Shown piece by piece: positions 39,501-53,770 of a stretch of 64,000 bases of DNA (the stretch's first letter is position 1; the number at the start of each line of letters is the position of its first letter). The position numbers and the translations under genes were made by a program. The notes under the pieces are model-generated. The model was not told the origin of the DNA. It saw only the letters and a list, made by a program, of their open reading frames with translations, and did no database searches. The stretch comes from Octopus vulgaris (taxonomy: Eukaryota). The stretch lies in NCBI GenBank assembly GCA_951406725.2, contig OX597837.1:3100001-3164000 (forward strand). The letters run 5' to 3'.

Positions 39501-39960
39501 CAACGTGTTAACAATTCTGCCAGCTTTGTAAACTTCGTAACAATAATAAAATGATGATGACTTCTTATCTGGGCTTCAAAATTAGGGGAGGAGTTAGAAA
39601 TTGAGTAAATTAACCCCCAGTATTTTATGAAAGCAAAGATGACTTTGATAGCATTTGAATGGATTCAGTAAAATAAAGTACCAGTCATGAGTGGGGGTGG
39701 TGGTGGTGATGGAATTGACTACTACCCCTCCCCTCAAATGCTGGCCTTGCACCTAAATCAGAAACCATTATTATTATTATAAAGGGTCATGGCTGGCAGC
39801 ATTTCTTCTGACTTGTTATCTTCTGAGTTTGAATTCTGCCAAGGTTGACTTTGCCTTTCAATCTTCCAGGGGTCATTAAAATAAGGACCAGTTGAGCATT
39901 GTCATTGTTGGAATCAACTAAACTTCTCCCCCAAAATCGTTGGCCTTGTGCCAAAATTAT
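36600..39960. mobile_element. Dense cluster of roughly 10 old Meta-domain SINEs, with a head-to-tail run at ~38490-39670
   Basis: Repeated gaccccgaaaggatgaaaggcaaagttgacctcgg...tttgaactcagaa motif separated by (TAA)n tails. Confidence 0.7.
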
Positions 39961-42746
39961 TATTATCAATATTTTTGTCTTTGTCACCAACCTGATATCA
40001 TTGAGATTGCTGTTTTCACTGTTTAACCCTAGGTTAACCCTGACTGAACAGACTACCTTCAGTTGGTGGCTATCTAGCCTTGACCATCCGATCATTTGCA
40101 TATCTAAGAATAAATTATCCAATGAGTTTGTCCCATCTATAGGAGTTTGAGGGAGATTTTGCTGCTATTTCAAACAGGCTGACTGACTAGAGGGTTATGA
40201 GACAAGTTGTTTAACCATAGGTCACCTTTGATGAAGTGGCACTATGATCAAAGGGACTAAAACAAGGACCTTTTCTTTATAGATAAAGCATGGAAGGAAG
40301 AAAGCCCCTCTTCTTTCTAAGTAAACCATTTTTGTTTTAAAACAGTAGAAAGAATGATTGGAAAATTTGGCTGCTATTTCTAGCATGTCAGCTGTCCACA
40401 TAGGATCTCCCCTCACTCAATGGAACGTTCAAAGAAACCTTGATAATGAAGTAACAAGTAAGTTTTAGAGTAAAACCGTGGGGGGGGGGGTGCTTGTGAT
40501 ATGTGTGGTTGAGCAAGGGTTTCACCAAGTCTAAGGATCACCACAAAAGCCTGTCTTTTAGCCCTCAATCAGGCTGCCAGGAACACAGATTACGGTCTAA
40601 GTTGGCTATACTTGTTTTTGTTTTCTTTTCTTTAGAAGCATCAGTAAATCACATTCTAATTTATATTGATTAATAACTGATATTAACTGAAGACAATACA
40701 CCAACTTTTTCTGTCGATGGAGAGAAGAAACGAGATATTTGTCCACCTCTGTTGTGGCTATTTGAAAACACATCACAGAAGTGGCTAAAATTTGGATTGT
40801 TTTACCAATATTATAAACTGTTATGGAGTGAAAGCTTAGACAAGACATAGATTTATGTATATATGCACGCACATATATGTGCAAGTGTGTGTCTCCTCGT
40901 CTTGACACTGTAGTAGTTGTAAAGGAGTGTCACTGTTCTACAAGCAGTGTCATTCATTCACATTATTCTACATAAACATGTCCCAATTTAGGATAAAAAA
41001 AAACTACCTTGCCTGGAATTGGGTGAGGGTTAGCACAGGAAGAGCATCCAGCCTTAGGAAATCTATCTCAACAAATTCTGCCTGACCCCTGCAAGCATGG
41101 AAGAGAGGATGTCACAATGATGATGAGAGGAGGATAATGATACGCATATTATTTTGCTAAGTTTATGTCTACAGATATTCTATAGAAACTCTGTAGAGAT
41201 AATCTTAACAAGTGATGCAATAGTACTGCTAACACAGGAGAACAAGGTATTGACTTCTAAAAACATTTAATATATTTCATATTATGGTTGCATAACAGAA
41301 TATCACGTACCTAAAAATCATGAGTATATCTACAGATACACACACACAAATCAACATTCTTTCACATTGATATATTGTGTTTGTATGAACATGTGCATGT
41401 ATGTGTGTGTGTATACTTATACGGGAATGTTATACACACACACACACATAACTGTCAAATGAAGGGTATTATATTAAAGCTAGTTTAAATATAATGAACA
41501 ACATCTATTGTACATGGGAAGGCTCAATACCGAATGCAGAGTCAAATTATGAAATTCACTTCTGGCTGGGACTTTGAAGTTTTACCTGTCAGTTTAGACA
41601 ACCAATTTGGTTAAATAAGCCATCATGTGGAACTTAAAGTCTCAGCTAATATATATTAATGTACATACATACCACCTTAATAATTTTATATATATATACA
41701 TATATATATGTGTGTGTGTGTATGTTTATTTCCAATCCATTTTTCCATGCTAAAATAGTTATATGAAGATACATGACAGAGGTAGCAATTTACAGCCAGA
41801 TGCCATTCCTGTAACTAACCCTTACCTGTTTTTCAAGTAAAGAATATTCTTATTCCCTCATCTTTTAAAGTACAGAGCTAGGGGCAAAATTTAATGAACA
41901 GGGACAGCAGTAGACTTCACTGCTTGTAGCTCAGTACTGTTTCACACAAAGTCCACAACATAAATATCCGCATACATGAATACACACACACACGTGTACC
42001 ATAAAACCAAGTTTATATTCTGGCATTCTCCTACAGATACAGGAGTAAGCAGAACAGGTATTTATACCAGGAATTCAAATATAACCTCCACTACATAGGT
42101 AGTAGAGCATGATGTTATGGTAGGTTTATTAACTATTATTGTTATTGTTGTAGACAGCTTAATCCCAGGTCAATACAGAACAGAGCAGACCAGACCCCTT
42201 AAGATCAAAGACATTCCAGTTTTGACCATTCTGTCTTTTTTTGCATGTCCAGTATTATGTAACGCCATGTGGCAGTCCTTATATTTGTGACAAACAGTAA
42301 GCGGATGATGGAGATCTGGCTGCTACTTCTAGTATATCAAACAACCATATAGAGACTTGCTACAGTTTCAATATTGAATGATAGAATAATGCTGTACCAT
42401 AAGCTGTTGGGATAGTTTAGCCCAAGGTCAGACGCAATCAGGCAGACCAATCATCAAAATGTCTCAACCATGAATCATAATAGCTAATGTGATTCATAAA
42501 AAATTTGGCTGCTATTTCTAGCAGGTCGAGGACCGTACAAAGGCTTCCTCCTTGGTTGTTGATGTTCTTGTTGATTTCCTTTTTAGTTCAAAGGAAATAT
42601 TCAACTGATAGAAGAAATACATAATTTTTTGAACTAATAGGTATGTATGTCAGTGTGTTGAGTAAAGCACGTTTCACAGTTTGGGCTACCCAGTGTCATC
42701 CATGGTTGGAGTACATTTTCACTGGATCCACTTCAAGAATTCCTCA

Positions 42747-43030
42747 ATAATAATTGATGAAGGAACCAGAAGATGGATTTAACACCAGTCGATTCAGTAC
42801 GACGCTGGTTTCAACTTGTCCTGCAACTCTCCTTTATGGGCAGGATTTTGTGCATCTAGTAGTGTTGCATCACAGACTGATGTGACACAAACTGCACAAG
42901 TTGATGCAACACAATTAGATGCACAAAATCCTGCCCATAAAGGAGAGTTGCAGGATGAGTTGATACTATTTGTCATACTGAATAAAGACTAATGCCAAAT
43001 CTATCTTCTGTTTCTTTCATCAATTATTAT
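42747..43030. repeat. ~280-bp imperfect palindrome (MITE-like)
   Basis: ctcctttatgggcaggattttgtgcatcta / tagatgcacaaaatcctgcccataaaggag and outer arms ataataattgatgaa / ttcatcaattattat. Confidence 0.8.
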
Positions 43031-44566
43031 TATCATTATTATTATTATTATTATATATATTGATGGAATTATTTTGTGAAATAATTTCATTGATTAGATT
43101 TTTCAGCTGTGTGGACACTCTACACTACACATATCTGTTCTTGGATTAGCCTGCAATAAGAGCATTCTGTGATAACCTCATGATTCTCTGAATCCATATC
43201 TTATACTTCAAATTTATGTGTGTGTGTATTGACCCCCAATTCTCCCCGTGCACTGGAATAGGAAAGGCGTCTACTGCAATTTACAAAGTCAACAGAATAG
43301 AGACTAAATCTATCTGCAAATGTGTTTCATATTTTAGACTCCAACAACAGGCTTAGAAGAAATATCGACATCATTATTTTGCACCGCACTGCTTCCTGTA
43401 TCTGAATGTCCTCAGTTCATTTTTATTTAAATTAAGCAAATTACCGAGGCCATAAATTGTTCCACTCATTTTTATATAAGTCTAAGACTAATTCTGCTGG
43501 AAATAAGACCAGACAACTGCTGTGCTGAGGATGGTTACTGAGTCAGAAACATATGCTCATAACTGTCCTCTTATCTTCATCCTTAATGGCAGTTTTGGAG
43601 AAAATTATTAATTCTTGAAATTATTTTCCCTTCTCAAGTGGAATTGGTCTTAATTGCCATTTGGCAATTATGATACAGCTTCTGGAAGAGTAAAGAATTT
43701 CAATAAATCAAAAATTTACCTTATATGGTATTTCATGTACCTCTATACACATACACTTATGTCTGTGTGTACATATATATGCACACAGTAAAGGAAAGAG
43801 ATGTTGGTGAACAGAGACCATAGACTGAAAGAACTGACTGATGTAGAGACAAAATGGTCGTGGCTGGAATGTCTTAGTACTTAGGTCTGCTTGTTTATGG
43901 TTTTGCTGAAGAGGGTATAACAACAATAACAATAACACTACCACCAGTTCTTGGTTCTCTTTATTAGAGTATTCTCTGTTGCAAGTATTTGGACCAGGGT
44001 TCCAGTTTGAGAAAAAATCCTCTTGTGTCCTTGTTTCACTCTTCTTATCATCATCATCACCACCTGTCTTTCAGGTGCTGCAATACTGATGTGTTGGATG
44101 TTGATCTCTCTCTGTTGGATGATCTTTAATAAACCTAACAAGGACAACAACCACCTCCATAGGTACTCGTACCAGAGGCATTAGTACCACAGTTAGTAGT
44201 GTCTGTGTTGTACCACAGGCTTTAGTTCCACCACTGACATCACTCCCACCCATCACTGATGGCTGACTCCCAGTCACTCCCCACCACTTCCACCAACACC
44301 CCTAATCATCATCAATAGACAATTTCCACCCCCACCTGTGCCACTGCAACACTATTCGCTCCCACCCACACCCCCAGTTTTAGTTTTCCTCCTGATCCTC
44401 CATCTCAGAATACCCTGTCCTGTTTTCTCCTCCAGTGCCATCAACAACATCCCACCCTAACCCCTAATAACTGGCCTCAAATAATCATCCTCACCCCCCA
44501 CCCCTTAACCGCCAGCATACCACTGACCAGGCCCAGACTTGAACTCAACCCCTTGACCTTCAGATG

Positions 44567-44792
44567 TTACGACCTCACCGTCATCCAGGCCATGCCGGCT
44601 GCGCTGCCTATCACTATGACGTGCCAGTAGACCGTGTAACCCCAGTCGGTGAGTAGACTAATCATAAGCAGGGAGCAGCAGACCAACAAGGACGGCAGGG
44701 TCTGGCGCAGCTTCAGCCTGGAGATCAGAGATTCACCAGGAAACCGCATGTTGCAGCCTTTCTGATGCGAACTGTAGAAGTGGGACAACAAA
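44567..44792 (-). CDS. AGPAT5: 1-acylglycerol-3-phosphate O-acyltransferase 5, last coding exon
   Basis: tttcAG acceptor at 44794-44793, phase 2; LLSHFYSS...RFPGESLISRLKLRQTLPSLL...AWMTVRS* resembles the AGPAT5 C-terminus. Confidence 0.88.
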
Positions 44793-46187
44793 CTGAAAGA
44801 AATGGAAAACAGCAGATTATATTGGAAACGTTATTAATATTTAATATTTTCTTGTCTGTTCATAAAATGTGTGTGTTTGTGTGTGTGTTATGTTTTAACT
44901 CTTTACCACTTAAACCCTTCAGCATTCAGATTTCTTTGTCAAATGCATTGCTCATTTATTCATCCTGTTTGGAATTAATCATGCATTATCTTGTAGCTTC
45001 AAGATTTCAATAGTGTGTTTGTATATTTTTAGAATGACATTGTAAGGTAAGTGTGAGCAGTTGGATCTGGTCAGTTTAAACATAAAACAGGAAGAAGAAT
45101 ATTTGGGCCAGATTAAATGCTAAAGGATTAAACCAGCTACATGTGGCCCAAATATTTGACCTGTTTTTGTGTTCAAACTAGCCCAGATCCAGCCTCTCAC
45201 ACCTACCCTGCAATGCTGTTCAAAAACTAAACAATCACATCATTGATATCTCAAAGCTACAAGATAAAGCATGATTAATTAAAAACAATATGAATAAATA
45301 AGGATTATATTTGACAGTAATCAGAATGCTAAAGGTTAACATTTACTATAGCCATGTTAAGCTCAAATATTTGACCCGTTTTATGTCCAAACTGGCAGGA
45401 CCTACCCTACAATGTCATTCTAAAAATAAACAGTTGCCTCATCAAAATTTCAAATCTATAAGATTTCATTAATGGAAAACAATGTGAATTAATAAACATT
45501 ACATTTGACTGAGTAATCAGAAGGCTACAGGATTAAACAACATGAAGAACAGAAAAGAAGAGACACAGTCATCACAATATTGAATATGGGCATGGAAGCT
45601 TAGGGCTTGTCCCTTGGTGTGGGACTGTGAACAAGTTTTTTTCCTCAAAAGCCTTGTATGGAACTCACCATCATCATCGTTTAACATCTGCTTTCCATGC
45701 TGGCATGGGTTGGACAGTTTGGCAGGAGCTGCCCAGGCAGAAGACTGCACCAGGCTTCTGTATCTGTTTTGGCAGGGTTTTTATGGTTGGATGCCCTTCT
45801 TTACACCAACCACCCCAAAGTCTATTATAGATGTTTACATGTTTATATTCACTTTCCTGTCATCCTTATCCATCCATTTGCATGGGACCCGGCTACATCC
45901 AATCCCCCTCCCACCACCACCAACATTCTCACTATTCATCCTCTCCCATCATTAGACCTATGCTCCACCCTCATCCTCCCCTCATGTACTACCATCTACC
46001 TCCCCTTTCACTCTGTCTTCCATTATCCTTTTGTACCTCCTCTTCACCCACATCCTGGCTCTCTCTCCCCCTTCCGTCTTCTCTCTCTCCCCGATCTCCT
46101 AACCACTATCTCCTCACTCTATTCCCCTGGGTCACCTTACCCCTCTCCTCACACTTATTACTCACATTATCTTGATTGTAGATACTT

Positions 46188-47503
46188 CATCATCATCATC
46201 ATCATCATCGTTTAGCGTCCGCTTTCCATGCTAGCATGGGTTGGACGGTTCAACTGGGGTCTGGGAAGCCAGAAGGCTGCACCAGGCCCAGTTTGATCTG
46301 GCAATGTTTCTACGGCTGGATGCCCTTCCTAACGCCAACCACTCCATGAGTGTAGTGGGTGCTTTTTACGTGCCACCGGCACGGGGGCCAGGCGAGGCTG
46401 GCAACGGCCACGAACGGATGGTGCTTTTTACGTGCCACCAGCATGAGACCAGTCGGGGCGGCGCTGGCAATGGCCATGTTCGGATGGTTCTCTTACGTGC
46501 CACCGGCACTGGTAACTCAGCTGCAATTTCCATTGATTGATTTCGATTCTGATTCTCACTTGCCTCAACAGGTCTTCACAAGTAGAGTTTTGTGTCCCAA
46601 GAAGGGAAGGTATGCATAAGTGGGCTGGCTACATCCCATGTAGAAGGCCACAGGTTATGGTCTCACTTGTCCTGCCGGGTCTTCTCACGTACAGCATACT
46701 TCCAGAGGTCTCGGTCTCTAGTCATTTCCTCAGTGAGACCTAAAGTTCGAAGGTCGTGCTTCACCACCTCGTCCCAGGTTTTCCTGGGTTTGCCTCTTCC
46801 ACATGTTCCCTCAACCGCTAGGGTGTGGCACTTTTTCACACAACTATCTTCAACCATTACACATCCATCGGAGCATACTGGCTTCATTTCTTGCGAGCTT
46901 ATGCATATCCTCAGCAGTCACGGCCCATGTTTCACTGCCATGTAGCATGGCTGTTCGTACACACGCGTCATACAGTCTGCCTTTTACTCTGAGCGAGAGG
47001 CCTTTTGTCACCAGCAGAGGTAAGAGCTCTCTGAACTTTGCCCAAGCTATTCTTACTCTAGCAGTTACACTTTCAGCACAACCGCCCCCGCTGCTGACTT
47101 GGTCACCTAGGTAACGGAAGCTATCAACTATTTCTAGTTTTTCTCCCTGGAAAGTGACAGAAGTTGGTCTCAGAGCATTTTCAGTGTTTATTGTTCCTGA
47201 GCATCTGCCACATACAAAAACCATCTTCCTAGTTAGCCTTCCTTTGACATTGCTGCACCTCTTATGTGTCTATAGCTTACACTTGGTGCATCTTATAGAG
47301 TTTCTACCTACACCTTTTCTACATATCAAGCAGGGCCATCTATCTGAAGACGTTTGTGATTTGTCTACCTTCCTACTTATTAGGAGTTTGGTTTTAGCTA
47401 GACTGACTCTAAGGCCCTTCGATTCTAATCCTTGCTTCCACACCTGAAACTTCTCCTCCAGTTCTGATAGTGACTCAGCAATTAGAGCAAGGTCATCAGA
47501 ATA
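46188..47503 (-). mobile_element. RTE LINE 3' fragment (same family as 31851-35824)
   Basis: YSDDLALIAES...CLICRKGVGRNSIRCTKC...FRYLG...EKTRQDK plus 3' UTR and (GAT)n tail. Confidence 0.9.
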
Positions 47504-47689
47504 TAGAGTGCTTCTATCACTCATCACTCACCAATATAACTCATCACTCATGACTTAATATTATCATTCATGCCTCTGCCTATCTTGTTCTATCACTGTA
47601 AAGAGGTTAGTGGGTGGGCAAACACAAGGTCAAGAGGTCCCTTTAGTCATGCTGTGCACATGGCTACTTCTGTAATGCTGAAACACTGG

Positions 47690-48305
47690 TATCATAACAT
47701 TATATGTAATGATGCCAGTGGTACTTGCCCTAAATATAGAAACAAAGACTGGAATAGGATACAAAGAACTTGTGACACAGCAAACAGGGTGAACATGTGG
47801 TATAAAACTGACAAATATCAAGGACAGGTATTTGTAGAGGCCACAGCCCATGGAGAACTAGCCAGTAGATTTAGGAAAGCTCTAAAGGAGACCAAACTCA
47901 ACATTAAAATTGTTGAAAAGCCAGGTAACTCCATCAGATCACAACTATGTAGGACATACCCCTTTGAGAATACCATATGCGCCAATGATAACTGCATGGT
48001 ATGTAGGATTAGCCCTGGCATTAACTGTAAAACTAGAAATGTAGTCTACAGCATAAGATGCACAGAAGGTGCTTTTAAAGACATGAATATGACATACATA
48101 GGGGAGACATCTAGGAGTATTAGGAGACATCTAGGACATCTAGGAGCAATATGACGACAAAAAACAGTCCTCCATACTCTACCAACATGTCAAGGACCAA
48201 CATGGAGGCAACCTGGGTCAACTTGACATCCACATCTTATCCAAGCACCCAAAGGACCCAACAGTATGCCCTCATAAATGAAACTGCCCCAATACTAAAT
48301 AGGAA
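47690..48305 (+). mobile_element. Degenerate Penelope-like GIY-YIG fragment
   Basis: CANDNCMVC...CKTRNVVYSIRC...YIGETSRS. Confidence 0.75.
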
Positions 48306-48699
48306 ATATATATAGCATATCCACAGGTAGAGTAGAATAGTTAATGGGCTGCTATGTAGATAGATGTATGTATGTGTGTGTGTGTGTGAGTGAGTGTATG
48401 TATATATATATGTACATGCACATGTATAAAAGCAGATAGATTTGAAAGTAAACAGATCAACATACAGATAGGTACACAGGTTATATGAACAGACAAGCAC
48501 ACACAAGGAGACAGAGGTACACATACACACATGCAAACACACATACACGCACACGAAAAAACACACAGACGAAAGAACACACAAACACTGACATGCAAAC
48601 ACATGAATATGCAGAATACATACATACAAATGTACACACATATATACATATGCACACAAACAAACAAAAAGAACGCAGTGTAAATAACAGAGTCAACAA

Positions 48700-48736
48700 C
48701 TATTGAAAAAGTTGCAAGACGCAACGAAAATTTTAG
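48700..48736 (+). ncRNA. Minimal hammerhead-like motif (U3-A8 core) downstream of the Penelope fragment
   Basis: cta-TTGAAAAA-gttgc aagac gcaac-GAAA-ATTT-tag; 5-bp stem II, palindromic AATT. Confidence 0.5.
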
Positions 48737-48820
48737 AAAAATAAAGAAAGAAATAAGTGGAAATTTTACCAGTGAGTGTGTTAAATTATAAAGAGAATGA
48801 CTCTCCCCAGAAAACAACAG

Positions 48821-48861
<41 letters not shown>

Positions 48862-49304
48862 AGATGGGAACATAGCTGTACATGTCACAGGTGAGCCTGT
48901 CCGAAACACACACACACAAATAAAATTCAACACATTACTTGACATTTGAGGGTTATAAAGAAACTTTGATTATTCTGGAGTATAAACTCTATCTATAAAT
49001 AGAAGAGGTGGGGAACTCTACAACTCAACATATATTATTGAGTTAATTCAGTTGAAACGGACGTAATTCTGACCAGACGCATTTTCAAGGGAGATAACTT
49101 CTACCAGGTTCTACTCTCCAAGTTTATTTACTACGAACCTTCTCAGGTTTTTTCTTCTGCTGTACCCCTTCATCACGCCCTGCTAGCATTTGCTTTCATG
49201 AAGTCCAACAGTGTTTGTGTACCCCGTGTGAAGAATATAGTGTAAGATGATGGGTTACCACAGAACAAACAATAGACACAAATTGTTTGTTATTAATTTC
49301 ATTT

Positions 49305-50535
49305 CATCATCATCATCATCATCGTTTAACGTCCGTTCTCCATGCTAGTATGGGTTGGACGGTTCGACCGGGGATCTGGGAAGCCAGAAGGCTGCACCAG
49401 GCTCCAGTCTTATCTGGCAATGTTTCTACAGCTGGATGCCCTTCCTAACGCCAACCACTCCGTGAGTGTAGTGGGTGCTTTTTACGTGCCACCTGCACAG
49501 GTGCCAGGTGAGGCTGGCAACGGCCACGGTCGGATTGGTGTATTTTACGTGCCACCGACACGGAAGCCAGTCGAGGCAGCGCTGGCATCGGCTACGAGTC
49601 AGATAGTGCTTTTTACGTACCACCAGACCAGGGATCTTGGCTGGTTTAATTCGATTTCGATTTCGCTTGCCCCAACATGTCTTCGCAAGCAAAGAGGGTT
49701 GGCATGGGTGCCTGTCGTCGGATGAGGTTCTATATCGACTTCACTTGCCTCAACAGGTCTTTGTGTCCAAGGGAGGAAAGGCATTCATAAGTGGGCTGGG
49801 CTCACTTGTCCTGCCTAGTCTTCTCACGTACAGCATATTTCCAAAGGTCTCGGTCGCAAGTCATTTCCTCAGTGAGGCCTAAAGTTCGAAGGGCGTGCTT
49901 CACCACCTCGTCCCAGGTTTTCCTGGGTCTACCTCTTCCACGAGTTCCCTCAACTGCTAGGGATTGGCACTTTCTCACACACCTATCTTCATCCATTCTC
50001 GCCACATGACCATACCAGCGCAATCGTCTCTCTTGCACACCACAACTGATGCTTCTTAGGTACAACATTTCTCTCAAGGTACAAACGCTCTGTCGAGTAT
50101 GTACACTGACATTACACATCCATTGGAGCATACTGGCTTCATTTCTTGCGAGCTTACGCATGTCCTCAGCAGTCACGGCCCATGTTTCACTGCCATGTAG
50201 CATGGCTGTACGTACACATGCATCATACAGTCTGCCTTTTACTCTGAGCGAGAGGCCTTTAGTCACCAGCAGAGGTAAGAGCTCCCTAAACTTTGCCCAG
50301 GCTATTCTTATTCTAGCAGTTACACTTTCAGCGAACCCACCCCCACTACTGACTTGGTCACCTAGATAACGGAAGCTATCAACTACTTCTAGTTTTTCCC
50401 CCTGGAAAGTGACGGAAGTTGTTTTCTGCAGATTTTCGGAGGTTAATGCTCCCAAGCATCTGCCACATACAAAAACTATCTTCCCAGTTAGCCTACCTTT
50501 GACATTGCTGCACCTCTTATGTGTCCATAGCTTAC
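49305..50535 (-). mobile_element. RTE LINE 3' fragment (related subfamily)
   Basis: WTHKRCSNVKG...CGRC...FRYLG...EKTRQDK plus 3' UTR and (GAT)n tail. Confidence 0.9.
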
Positions 50536-51245
50536 GTATGCATGTGTGTATATGTTTGTGTGTCTGTGTTTGTCCCCCCCCCAACATCACTTGACAACCG
50601 ATGCTGGTGTGTTTACGTCCCCGTCACTTAGCGGTTCGGCAAAAGAGACCAACAGAGTAAGTACTAGGCTTACAAAGAATATGTCCTGGGGTCGATTTAC
50701 TCGACTAAAGGCGGTGCTCCAGCATGGCCGCAGTCAAATGACTGAAACAAGTAAAAGAGTAAAGAGTAAATAATAATATCTATAAGCTTAAAGGTGTTAT
50801 TATTTACAAAATTGTCACTTGTCACTATTTGTAAATTTAATGCAGAATATATATATATAAATACAGAAAAACAAAAGACAAAGACAGGTGTATTAGTTTA
50901 GTGCTTGGGAAGGTGAGAAAGTCTTTTATGTTTCGAGCCTATGCTCTTCAACAGAAAGGAACACAAGAAAATAAACAGAGAGAATAAAAAAAAACTTCTG
51001 GAGCTAGCGGTCTATTGCGTGTGTGTGTGTGTGTGTGTATTATATATATATATATAACGGGAAGGTTTATGAAAATAAACAAAAGACGAAGGCAGGTGGA
51101 GTGCAAACAAACAATTGTATTAGTATGGCGCTCAGGAATAGAAATAGAACAAGTCTTTTACGTTTTGAGCCTACGCTCTTCGACAGAAAGATGCACAGAA
51201 AAAAAACAAGGAGAGAAAAAATGTGTGTAGGAGCTAACGATCTAT

Positions 51246-51307
<62 letters not shown>

Positions 51308-51799
51308 CACATACACACACACACACACATTCATGCAATAATTTTATTCAGCTGAATACACGTCATTGATTAGTTGAAATTACTGAAATACGACTACTTT
51401 AACATGAAATAACTTCGTAAATATAAGTTTTTCTCAAAACCGCTAAGAGTAAAAAGATATTTTATATGACACATTCTACCAGTGTCCGAAGTTTGAAAGT
51501 ATTTAGTTACAAAAAATTATTTTTTAAATCTGTCAGTCAAAAGGTAAAGATCCAATTTTTTTTTTAATTCTTGCGATTATCTCCCCTTCTTAAGTGGAAA
51601 TCGTCTTAATTGCCACTCGGCAATTTCTGATACAACTTCCAGAGGCAAAGATAATATTAATAAAACCTGAATTTATCATGTGGTATTTGACATACCAGTA
51701 TCTGCCTACATTATTCTAATACATGCCACTGAGTTACTTCCCTTAGCTCATTTCTGTTTAGAGATGCAGACATCCCATGTACAATAACTCCTATATGGG

Positions 51800-52204
51800 T
51801 TATATGGCTCAGAAACCTGGACGTTATCAAAGAAGCTTGAGAGGCGGTTGGATGGAACCTACACTCGCCTCCTCATGAGAGCTCAAAATCTCTCGTGGAG
51901 GCGCCATCCAACCAAAATGCAAATATATGGGAAATTACCACCTGTGTCATCTCTTGTGAAAGGTAGGAGAGTCCAGTTTGCTGGACATTGTTGTAGAGCT
52001 GAAAACGAGGCAATTTCTGCTCTTCTCCTCTGGAAGCCATCTGCTCGCAATACCAGAGGGCGCACACTCTCCTACCCTGATGTCATCTCCAGGGATACAG
52101 GCATCCAGCAACAGGACCTCCATAATGCCATGATGGACCGTGAAGTCTGGCGTAGCATGGTAAATTTCATTGTCTCGACCACGGTCGAACGATGATGATG
52201 ATGA
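51800..52204 (+). mobile_element. 3' fragment of another non-LTR retrotransposon (RTE-like)
   Basis: YGSETWTLSKKLERRLDGTYTRLL...FAGHCCR followed by a (GAT)n tail. Confidence 0.65.
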
Positions 52205-52389
52205 CAATAACCCCACTGAAGACAACAGATGATGATTTAAAACTTCTTTACATATTAGAGAGGGGGTAATTAATTAAGGGGAGTAATTGTCCTAATACGA
52301 TGGCTTCTTTCAGTCTACAAATCCACTCACAAGGCCTTTTTTCTGCCTTGGACCACAAAAGATACCCCGATAGACTGTGCAAGCAGACT

Positions 52390-53770
52390 AAACACAGTAT
52401 TAACATGATGTAGTCCTAGATACATTATATCTGAATAAAAGACAGGATGGTCACGGCTGGAACATCTCTGAACATAAGTCTGCTGGATCAGGACAGACCT
52501 GGTGTTAAACAGCAACAAGGAATGACACAGTAAGTAATTTAGTCCGAGATGCACTATGTTTGAATAAAAGACAGGATGGTCATAGTTGGAATGTGTTTGG
52601 TCATAAGTCCGCTGGACAAGGACTGACCTGGGGCTAAACAACAACAACAGGGAAGGACACATTAGATAACGTAATCCTAGATACACTATGCCTGAATAAA
52701 AGACAGGGTGGTCACAGCTGGAACATATCTGATCATAGGTCAGCTGGATCAAGAGAGACATGACTAAACAAGAAAGGACACATTAGATAATGTAGTCCTA
52801 GATACACTATGCCTGAATAAAAGACAGGGTGGTCACAGCTGGAACATATCTGATCATAGGTCAGCTGGATCAAGAGAGACATGACTAAACAAGGTCACAC
52901 TAGATAATGTAGTCCTAGATACACTATGCCTGAATAAAAGACAGGGTGGTCACAGCTGGAACATATCTGATCATAGGTCAGCTGGATCAAGAGAGACATG
53001 ACTAAACAAGGTCACACTAGATAATGTAGTCCTAGATACACTATGATCGCATATAAGACAGGATGGTCACAGATGGAACGTTTTTGATCATAGGTGTGTG
53101 CACTGGGTTGATACTGATGTTTTGGGCTAAACAACAATGAGGAAGGACACATTAGATAATGTAGTTCTAGATACACTTATGTCTGAATAAAAAGTAGGAT
53201 GGTCACGGCTGGAACATCTCTGATCATAGGTCTGCTGCACCAGAACTGACCTGGGGCTAAACAGCAACACCAATAAGTAAGGGCACATTGGATAATGTAG
53301 TCCTAGATACACTATGATCGCATATAAGACAGGATGGTCACAGCCGGAACATTTTTGATCATAGGTGTGTGCACTGGGTTGATACAGATGCTCTGGGCTA
53401 TACACTAATGTCTGAATAAAAGACAGGATGGTCACGGCTGGAACATCTCTGATCATAGGTCTGCTGCACCAGGATTGACCTGGGGCTAAACAACACCACC
53501 AATAAGTAAGGGCACATTGGATAATGTATTCCTAGATACACTATGTCTGAACAAAAGACAGGATGGTCATAGCTGGAACAACCTTGATCATAGGTCTACT
53601 GGATCAAGACTGACCTGGGGTTAAACAATAACAGCAACACAGGATACAGTGATGTCCAAGAAATACTATGTTTATATAAAAGACAGGATGGTCAGAGCTG
53701 GAACACTTTTGATCATAGATCAACCTACAGGAGCAAGGATGATGACCTGGTGTTAAACAACAACAAACAG
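52390..53770 (+). repeat. Tandem array of ~11 units of ~105-135 bp, many ending in (CAA)n-like tails
   Basis: Recurrent tagtcctagatacactatg...gacaggatggtcacggctggaacatctctgatcataggtctgctggatcaggactgacctggggctaaacaac. Confidence 0.9.

Noticed and set aside
52390-53770. CRISPR-like appearance of the repeat array
   Set aside because: Whole units are homologous with no unique spacers, there are no cas genes, and the context is a eukaryotic intron
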